Below are positions 1-7,178 of a stretch of 10,521 nucleotides of DNA, one piece after another. The position numbers and the translations under genes are program-made. Position 1 is the stretch's first letter. Each line of letters begins with the position of its first letter. The DNA is from Selaginella moellendorffii (lineage: Eukaryota; Plantae; Lycopodiophyta): positions 1 through 10,521 of the forward strand of contig NW_003314505.1 of NCBI RefSeq assembly GCF_000143415.4, read 5' to 3'. The notes under the pieces were generated by a model. It did not search any database. It was given only the letters and a program-made list of their open reading frames with translations, and was not told the DNA's origin.

Positions 1-62
1 AGGTTTGTTCTAGGAGCTCTCTTTCTTCAAGAATTAGACTAAGGGCCTAACTTCTCTTCACA
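1..62 (+). repeat. 3' (U5) end of the 5' LTR
   Basis: Ends in CA directly before the PBS. Shares TCTAGGAG (9-16 vs 1173-1180) and CTTCTCTTCACA (51-62 vs 1188-1199) with the right end of the element. Confidence 0.65.
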
Positions 63-74
63 TGGTATTAGAGT
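63..74 (+). other. Primer-binding site complementary to the 3' end of initiator tRNA-Met
   Basis: TGGTATTAGAGT versus the canonical plant PBS TGGTATCAGAGC: two C>T changes, directly after the LTR-terminal CA. Confidence 0.75.
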
Positions 75-702
75 TTAATACAAAATTTTGACAAAAATAA
101 TTATAAACAATTAAAGAGAATGATTCAAAGAATTATTCATAAAAGGCCTATAAACAAAAGTAAACCTTTTTTTCTAATCTATTAAAGGTTTTGAAATACT
201 TAAAATTAAATATTCTTTAAGTTTAAATAATATTAGGCTTGATGACCTCCTGGGAAGTCTAAAATTAAGATAGGATGGCAAAGTTTCCAAGGTGGGGACT
301 CTTGGAATGAAAAAATGCCCTTCTTTATAACAACATTGATCAATATAATGAGTGGTAAAATGATGATATCAATCAATACAAATTGTAAGATCTAGATGCC
401 AGGGCAATTAGAGCTTTAAGAGGAGGCTTTAGCCCAAGAGATTCTAGCCATGTTATAGATCAAGAGTTTAATGTTATCTTTTTTAACTTGTGCCATGAAA
501 TTTCATTTTCAATATATCAAGAAAATTCCCAACATCACCCAGTAGCAGATTTTTGCTGAACAAGAAGACCATTGTAGGCAAAGGCAATACTGCTGAGCAG
601 GAAGGGATTGCCATTATGACTTGTGACAATCAACAAACACAAGAAGGGCACTCATTATTTTTAATCAACTTAGAAACAAGCATTCCAACAACACAGAGGA
701 AA

Positions 703-1158
703 AACCATGCAAAACGTAGGCACCTAAGCAAGGATTGTCCTATGAAGAAGCAATGCTGAGAGGCAAAGTTGAAAGTTAGATGTGGATCTTCCTTCAGTGT
801 GGCACCACATTTAAGAGTCAATGCCGAGACAATGGTAATGGTGAAGACTCTTCTGCTGCATCCAACAGCTTGTTATGGATGGCTCAAGGAGTAGACTTGG
901 ACACCACTAGCCTTCTTTGGCTAGATTTAGCAGTAACGAATCACTGAACTTTCAACCATGAGCTATTTTTGGAGTTGAGCAATGGGTAATAGCTTATTAA
1001 CAGTTGAAGGTGTAGACACAATTCAAGTGTGACTTCTAACAGGCTTTGTGGTTCCAATCAATGACAGAGTAGCACAAGAGGCGAGTTGGCTTCATGACCT
1101 TGTAGCAAGTATGCAACTGAGGTAACATGGACCTACGGTAATTCTTTCAGATAATTCT
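703..1158 (+). pseudogene. Copia gag-pol remnants (zinc knuckle, aspartic protease, RNase H fragment)
   Basis: Manual translation. Frame 1: NHAKRRHLSKDCP (703-741). Frame 3: WLDLAVTNH*TFNHELFLEL (from 918). Frame 1: MGNSLLTVEGVDTIQV*LLTGFVVPIND (982-1065), continuing into AQEASWLHDL...GPTVILSDNS (1072-1158). Confidence 0.8.
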
Positions 1159-1159
1159 T

Positions 1160-1199
1160 TGCTGTTGCTTGCTCTAGGAGTGTTTAGCTTCTCTTCACA
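1160..1199 (+). repeat. Probable terminal remnant of the 3' LTR
   Basis: 12-nt identity CTTCTCTTCACA with the 5' LTR end, plus a shared TCTAGGAG. The spacing between the two blocks differs between copies, and no PPT is recognisable. Confidence 0.5.
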
Positions 1200-1370
1200 A
1201 CCATGACGTGATAGCTACAAAACTCAAATCAAGAGAAAGCTTCTCTTCTCTTCTTCTCTCTTTTGCAAAGCACACAAGCTCTTCTGGCCAAATCCTTTGA
1301 CATTGCCAGGGAAACCATACATAGCAGATGATTTGACACCTGAGCCTCTTTATAAAGTTCCCAGATACTG

Positions 1371-1812
1371 CCACGAGCATAGGTCCCTTGCTCATGCGCA
1401 CCACTAAGGCAAAGAGATCCACAAACAGGCTTCCAGGAGCAAGCTGCAGCTCTTGTACTGGTAGTAGCTTTGGAGCTCCGGAAGAGAATGCCAAACCGAG
1501 ATGTGGTCTCCCGGGCGTCTGCGATCTCAGCTCGGCGATGGAGAGCGACCTTTGCTGCTTCTCCCGGATGCAGAGCCTTCGTCGCCGTATTGAAAGCTTG
1601 TACCGCTCTAGCGACGTTCGGCAAGGTGGTGAAATGACTTCAAAGAGCTCGAAGGTTGTCTCGGACACCATATTCCTGTTCGTCATTCTTGTCGAAGACC
1701 CGGTGACCGTCGGTCATACTTCTGGTGATATCCGAGCTTCGGCTATGAAGAACAGTGGCAGTATAGCTCGAGTTCTTCTCAGCTTTTCTCTCCATTCTCA
1801 CGGCTTGTAGCC
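1371..1812 (-). pseudogene. Heavily frameshifted PLS-PPR gene fragment
   Basis: Switching frames on the - strand recovers PPR motif pieces in order: GY..ENGE/AEK/LELY (~1812-1763), RSMTDGHRVFDK + MTNRNMVS (~1723-1663; cf. GSM.DARRVFDRM..RNVVSW), FELFE, PN..AFNTATKA, GSLFVDLFA (cf. SSLVDMYA), and RMS/RDLCSW (~1399-1371; cf. RM..RDLVSW). Confidence 0.6.
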
Positions 1813-1854
1813 ACTCGAACTTACTCTCGCTCAGAAATTTGGCATCTCCTCCAG

Positions 1855-3951
1855 CTATCTTGGTGTCTCACAGCCGACTATATTCCCGAAAAGCACCAGG
1901 CTCGACGCATCAGCTCTCCCCTCCAGGCGCTCCAGGGACTGGAAAGCAAGTCGGGCGACTTCTACGTTGTTCCACTTGCGGCAAGCACCCAGCACAGTCT
2001 TCCAAGTCACCGCGTTTGCTTCAAACGGCATCGTGGTCGCCACCTTCACTGCCTCGTCCAGACGATTTGCCCGTCCCAGCATGTCCACCACGCAATTGTA
2101 GTGACCAACGTCGGGAGCGATCCCAAATCTCGGCACCATCGTCTCGAGCAGAAGCTTCCCTTGGTCGGACAGCCCGGCATGGCTGCAAGCCGTGAGAACC
2201 GACGCGAGAGTTATCCCATCCGGCTGGATGCGTTGCTGCTGCATTGCCTGGAAGAGATCAAACACCCGGCGGCTATCTCCCTGGCGGCTGTATCCCGAGA
2301 TGAGAGCACTCCAAGTCACCAAGTTCCTCGTTGATCCTTCCATGGAGTCGAAGACGCCCTGTGCCTCAACCGGACTGCCACACTTCCCGTAGAAGTCTAT
2401 CAGCGCGTTGGCCACAAACGTATCACTCTCGGCACGGTGTCTACGAACGTCGTCGTGGATCCTTCGACCAGCTTCGAGTGCTGCCAAGCTCCCGCAAGCC
2501 GTCAGTGCTGCTAGAAACGTCCGCCCGTCCGGAGCACAGCCTTGGTTCTCCATCCCCCGGTATAGCTCCACCGCGAGCTCGGGCTCACCGTTCTCGGCGT
2601 ATCCCCGGATGAGAGCGTTCCAGGCCACCAAGTCGTGCTGTGGCATCCTGTCGAAGATCTGGCGAGCGTCCAGCATGCTTCCACAGCTCGAGTACGTATC
2701 AACCAGCGTGCTCACTACGTATCCGTGAGAGTCGAGGTTACTTTTGGAAGCTTGGCAGTGGATAACCATCCCGGTCTTCAGAGAGCCCAGCTTCACAAGT
2801 TTTCCATCGACCACCTTGCCTTGTTCCTTCGCTGCGATGCCTGTGCAGGCCATCAGTGCCGAGACGAAAGCCCGATCGTCTGGAGCACAGTTCCTCCGCT
2901 GCCTCATCTCTCGAAAAAGCTGGAGAGCAAGCTCGTTCTCCCCGTTTTCCACGCATCCCAGCAGCAAGGAGTTCCACGAGACGACATTGGGACGATTGAT
3001 CCTGTCGAAGACCGCACCAGCTTCGCTCAGGCAGCCACACTTGGCGTACATGTCCACCAGCGAGCTCGCTACGTACACATCCTTCTCAAATCCCATCTCC
3101 GCGGCATGGGAATGAATCGCCACTCCTTTCATTCCTGCGAGCTTTCGTTTGGATCCATGATCCTTCACTGCCAAACGACCACAGGCCATGAGCACAGCGA
3201 CAAAAGTTCTCGAGTTTGGAAAGCAGCAACTCACAACTTGCATGTGTTCGAAGAGCTCCAGAGCTAACTCCGGATCGTTGTTTTGCACGTATCCTCCAAT
3301 CAATCCAGTCCAGGACACCACATCGTGTAGCGGCATTCTATCAAACACCCTCCGCAGATCCATCACGCTGCCACACTTCGCGTACATCTCAATCAGCGAG
3401 CTTGCCAAGAACAAATCAAATGAGAACGCACGACACTTCGCTACTTTAGAATGAATAGCCATACCTTTCTCCAGAGAGACAACCTTGACGATCATCCCAT
3501 GGAAATCCTTCGAGCATCCCTCTCGCTCTGCCAAACTCGAGCACGCCACCACCGCCGCGAGAAACGCCCGCCCATCCGGCCGGCAATCCATCCTCTCAAA
3601 CAGCTCCAGAGCCAGCTCCGGCAAGCCATTCGTGGCGTACCCCAGGATCAACGCCGTCCAGGGCACCGCATTCTTGAAAGGAATGGCATCAAAGACCTTG
3701 CGGGCATCCGGCATGCTCCCGGATCTGGCGTACATGGCAATGAGACTGCTGGCGACCCTGATGCTGGCGAGACTTCCAGATTTCGCTGCCTGATCGTGCA
3801 ATCGCTTGCCGCGATCGATATCGCGGCATTCCCGGAGCGCCCCAAGCAATGCCACCATAGTATTCCTGCTCACCGCCATAACTCTGCTCATAAACCCTAA
3901 ATCCTTATTTCCTATGGAGAAGAATAAAGGAGGAGGATAAATTTTAACCAT
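1855..3951 (-). CDS. PLS-class pentatricopeptide repeat protein, E subgroup (E1 + truncated E2, no DYW); intronless; the real start may be Met21 at 3891
   Basis: 698-aa ORF with array L-S-(P-L*-S)x3-P-L-S-P2-L2-S2-E1-E2(partial). Typical motifs: SSLVDMYAKCG, RVFDRMP.HDVVSW, VLTACSHAGL, HYNCVVDMLGRA.RLDEA, MPFEANAVTWKTVLGACR. L* marks L motifs carrying an insertion. Confidence 0.95.
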   Translation of the reverse strand: MVKIYPPPLFFSIGNKDLGFMSRVMAVSRNTMVALLGALRECRDIDRGKRLHDQAAKSGSLASIRVASSLIAMYARSGSMPDARKVFDAIPFKNAVPWTALILGYATNGLPELALELFERMDCRPDGRAFLAAVVACSSLAEREGCSKDFHGMIVKVVSLEKGMAIHSKVAKCRAFSFDLFLASSLIEMYAKCGSVMDLRRVFDRMPLHDVVSWTGLIGGYVQNNDPELALELFEHMQVVSCCFPNSRTFVAVLMACGRLAVKDHGSKRKLAGMKGVAIHSHAAEMGFEKDVYVASSLVDMYAKCGCLSEAGAVFDRINRPNVVSWNSLLLGCVENGENELALQLFREMRQRRNCAPDDRAFVSALMACTGIAAKEQGKVVDGKLVKLGSLKTGMVIHCQASKSNLDSHGYVVSTLVDTYSSCGSMLDARQIFDRMPQHDLVAWNALIRGYAENGEPELAVELYRGMENQGCAPDGRTFLAALTACGSLAALEAGRRIHDDVRRHRAESDTFVANALIDFYGKCGSPVEAQGVFDSMEGSTRNLVTWSALISGYSRQGDSRRVFDLFQAMQQQRIQPDGITLASVLTACSHAGLSDQGKLLLETMVPRFGIAPDVGHYNCVVDMLGRANRLDEAVKVATTMPFEANAVTWKTVLGACRKWNNVEVARLAFQSLERLEGRADASSLVLFGNIVGCETPR

Positions 3952-4158
3952 AGGAGTGTAATGATAATAATAGTATTAAACAGAATGTATGGTCCATTTG
4001 ACAGAGTCCGTTTAATCCTCGGCCGAGCCCTAAAGCGAGGGAAGAAGTAGCGGCCATTAGGGTTTGAGTTTGGGGAAAGAATCCCAGTTTAGGGGTTTAG
4101 GTCGGAGCACTCCAGCTCGTTCGCCGTCGGCCGGCGCCGCGTCTGTCATCGAATCGAG
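3892..4158. promoter_or_regulatory. Short bidirectional promoter/5'UTR region with telo-boxes
   Basis: The PPR (-) and KPNB1 (+) genes are head to head. AAACCCTAA at 3892-3900, TTAGGGTTT at 4057-4065, variants CCCTAAA at 4028-4034 and TTTAGGGGTTTAGG at 4088-4101. Confidence 0.6.
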
Positions 4159-4224
4159 GTAAGCAGCGCCATCGTCTAGCAATGTCGCGGCGATCGACCG
4201 TATTTTCGTGTTTTCCCTCCACAG
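4159..4224 (+). other. 5'UTR intron of KPNB1 (66 nt)
   Basis: GAG|GTAAGC donor, pyrimidine tract TTTTCGTGTTTTCCCTCC, and ACAG acceptor 2 nt before ATG 4227. Confidence 0.75.
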
Positions 4225-4226
4225 GA

Positions 4227-6736
4227 ATGGCGCTGGAGGTCACGCCGATTCTTCTCAATGCGCAGTCCGCCGATAAGGATGTGCGCAAGTTCGCCGAGGA
4301 CAATCTCAAGCAGTTTGAGGAGCAAAATCTGCCGCTGTTCCTCGTCTCCCTCTCGATCGAGCTCGCCAACAGCGCCAAGCCGGCAGAGAGCCGCCGGCTA
4401 GCGGGCCTGATCCTCAAGAACTCGCTCGATGCCAAGGATGCGCAGAGAAAGCACGAGCTGGCCCAAAAGTGGCTGNNNNNNNNNNNNNNNNNNNNNNNNN
4501 NNNNNNNNNNNNNNNNNNNNNNNNNNNNNNNNNNNNNNNNNNNNNNNNNNNNNNNNNNNNNNNNNNNNNNNNNNNNNNNNNNNNNNNNNNNNNNNNNNNN
4601 NNNNNNNNNNNNNNNNNNNNNNNNNNNNNNNNNNNNNNNNNNNNNNNNNNNNNNNNNNNNNNNNNNNNNNNNNNNNNNNNNNNNNNNNNNNNNNNNNNNN
4701 NNNNNNNNNNNNNNNNNNNNNNNNNNNNNNNNNNNNNNNNNNNNNNNNNNNNNNNNNNNNNNNNNNAGTGAGGCAGGCAGCGTTCGAGTGCCTGGTTTCC
4801 ATCGCGTCGACGTACTACGAGAAGCTCCAGCCTTACATGCAGAACATCTTCACAGTGACTTCCAAGGCTGTCAAGGAGGACAAGGAGCCAGTAGCATTGC
4901 AAGCGATCGAGTTTTGGAGCGCGATATGTGACGAGGAGATTGAGATACAGGAGGAGATTACCTCGGGATATAGCGGAGACTCGGAGGTCCCTTACTTCCA
5001 GTTTATCAAGAAGGCTCTTACGTACCTGGTGCCGCTGCTGCTGGAAACGATGACCAAGCAAGAGGAAGACCAGGACGTGGACGAGGACGTTTGGAATCTA
5101 TCCATGGCTGGAGGGACTTGCCTGGGTCTGGTAGCCAGGACGGTGGAAGACGACATCGTCCCGCTGGTGATGCCTTTTATCCAGGACAACATTGTCAAAC
5201 CCGACTGGAGGTGTAGAGAAGCTGCTACTTATGCCTTTGGCTCCATTCTCGAGGGTCCTTCCCTGGAAAAGCTTGCTCCACTGGTAAATGCGGCCCTCGG
5301 GTTCCTGCTCAACGCTCTGAAGGACGAGAACAGCAGCGTCAAGGACACTACGGCCTGGACTCTCGGACGCATTTTTGAGTTTCTCCACGGTCCGGGCGTG
5401 GATAAGTCGGTCATCACTACGGAGTCTCTGCCTCACATACTCTCCTGCCTTTTGGAGAGCCTCAAGGATACTCCGAACGTTGCAGAGAGAACTTGTGGCG
5501 CGCTCTACTTCTTGGCACAAGGCTACGAAGAAATGCGGGGCCAACCCTCACCACTGTCTCCATTCTACCAGCAGATTGTAGAGGGTCTCATCCACACAGC
5601 CGACAGGGAAGATGCCAGTGACTCCCGTCTCCGGTTCTCAGCTTACGAAACTCTCAACGAGGTGGTGAGGTGCTCCACAGAAGAAACTGCCACCATCGTA
5701 ATGCAGCTGATGCCGATCATCATGCAAAAACTCGACAGCACGTTTCAGATGCAAGTGGTGTCGTCGGATGATCGGGAAAAGCAAGGCGAGGTTCAAGCAC
5801 TCCTCTGCGGAGTCCTGCAAGTCATCATCCAGAAGCTGAGCGCAGCGGAGTCGACGAAAGTCACGGTGATTCAGTTTGCCGACCAGATTATGGGCCTCTT
5901 TTTGAAGGTGTTCGCGTGCCGCAGTGCCACAGTCCACGAAGAAGCTATGCTGGCAATCGGGGCCGTTGCTTATGCTACCGGAAGCCAGTTCGAGAAGTAC
6001 ATGTCCGAGTTCTATCGATACTTGGAGATGGGATTACAGAACTATGAGGAGTATCAAGTGTGTGCTATCACTGTTGGAGTGGTTGGAGATATCTGCCGAG
6101 CTTTGGAAGAGAAGGTTCTACCATACTGCGACGGGATCATGACACAGCTCCTGAAAGATCTCTCCAGCAACCAGCTCCACCGCTCCGTGAAGCCGCCAAT
6201 CTTCTCGTGCTTTGGTGACATTGCTCTCGCGATTGGAGAGCACTTCGAGAAGTACCTCATGTATGCGTTGCCGATGCTCCAAGGCGCTGCGGAAGTCACT
6301 GCTCAGCAGGCTCTTCAAGACCCCGAGATGATCGATTACAACAACCAGTTGCGTACAGGAATTTTGGAGGCCTACTCTGGGATTCTACAGGGCTTCAAGG
6401 CGACCAAGCCCGATCTGATGCTGCAGTCTGGAACGCACGTCTTGCAGTTCATCGAGACGATTTATCGGGACGAGGACAGGTAACTTTGCTTTCTCTTTTC
6501 GTCTTTGAAACTCATGCTTGTTTTTGTTGTGTCACAGAGACGAGGTGGTGAGCAAAGCTGCTGTTGGTGTTCTGGGTGACTTAGCCGATACACTGGGCAC
6601 TCCAGCAGCGGGGATGTTTCGCCAAATCACATTCTACAAGGATTTCCTGGACATGGTACAAATGATGGACGATGCGCCACTAAAGGAGACTGCAGCCTGG
6701 GCTATGGCGACCATCAACAGGATCCTCTCGACATAA
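4227..6736 (+). CDS. KPNB1: Importin subunit beta-1 (karyopherin beta 1); exons 4227-6479 (spanning the N gap) and 6538-6736
   Basis: N-terminus MALEVTPILLNAQSAD...SRRLAGLILKNSLDAK is the importin-beta N domain. VALQAIEFWSAICDEE, the acidic loop EEDQDVDEDVWN, WRCREAATYAFGSILEGP, VKDTTAWTLGRI and LHRSVKPPIFSCFGDIALAIG are plant KPNB1 signatures. The phase-2 intron 6480-6537 (GT..CAG, 58 nt) joins ...RDEDR to DEVVSKAAVGVLGDLADTLG. Stop TAA at 6734-6736. Confidence 0.97.
4476..4766. other. Assembly gap (291 N) inside KPNB1
   Basis: Run of N. The reading frame differs on either side. Confidence 1.
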
Positions 6737-6781
6737 GAAATCCATCCACGGTTTTGAGATCAGCACAGCGGTCACACACAG

Positions 6782-6858
6782 GTTCCGTTTTAGTTGGTTT
6801 TTTTTTCTTTCGTCCTTTTTTCTTCTGGACTTTCGTGCATTTGCTCTGTTTTGCCTAG
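6782..6858 (+). other. Probable 3'UTR intron of KPNB1 (77 nt)
   Basis: CAG|GTTCCG donor, very T-rich body, TTTTGCCTAG acceptor, purine-rich sequence after it. Confidence 0.55.
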
Positions 6859-7178
6859 TGGAAGGCAAGGCAGGGGGGAGATATTGCTCGGCCTTCTCGG
6901 GGAAGAAAGGCCCTGCAAGAGAAAAAAGAAGAATTTGAGAGCTGCGTTCGCTGGAGCGGAGGCCGCTTGCCAGATCCTAGTTTGGTTGCTGCGAATTTGA
7001 GCAGTAGCGATTTTCTAGAGAAGAAGAAACGAGTGAGCGTCTTCCTCGTTTTCTTTGTGTACATGGTAGGCGTTTCGCCTCGCCAGAAAGAAAAGAGTCT
7101 TTCCCTCCGCCATGAAAGTTTGGTGGGGGAGTTTCATATTTTAAATTTTGGTTTTCCCGCGTGGCTTGGTTAGGTTTA

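Larger units (their letters stand above)
1..1199 (+). mobile_element. Degenerate, internally deleted Ty1/copia LTR retrotransposon (5' LTR runs off the left edge)
   Basis: Parts occur in copia order. LTR-type end ...CTTCTCTTCACA (51-62), then PBS-like TGGTATTAGAGT (63-74). Zinc-knuckle remnant HLSKDCP (721-741). Protease remnant WLDLAVTNH*TFNHELFLEL from 918 (copia consensus roughly W.LDSGA(S/T).HMT...LF..L). MGNSLLTVEGVDTIQV from 982. RNase H remnant AQEASWLHDLVASMQLR*HGPTVILSDNS (1072-1158). CTTCTCTTCACA recurs at 1188-1199. Stops, frameshifts and strong CpG depletion throughout. Confidence 0.85.

Noticed and set aside
1229-1795. A 189-codon minus-strand frame with a single internal TGA (1640-1642), suggesting readthrough or a novel orphan gene
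   Set aside because: PPR motif remnants are spread across different frames, so a decayed PPR copy explains it better than one coding frame.
1839-3900. Many + strand ORFs of 66-210 aa
   Set aside because: Antisense shadows of the GC-rich PPR CDS with no recognisable motifs.
3891-4101. Interstitial telomere or chromosome-fusion scar
   Set aside because: Only isolated 1-2 unit motifs in promoter positions, which fits telo-boxes rather than a tandem array.
4182-5061. ORFs running through X residues, and an apparent KPNB1 start at 4182
   Set aside because: The X-spanning ORFs are artefacts of the N gap. The ATG at 4182 lies inside the predicted 5'UTR intron, and family similarity starts at 4227.
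6478-6483. KPNB1 ending at TAA 6481-6483
   Set aside because: The TAA lies within the intron donor (AG|GTAA). The conserved C-terminus continues in exon 6538-6736.
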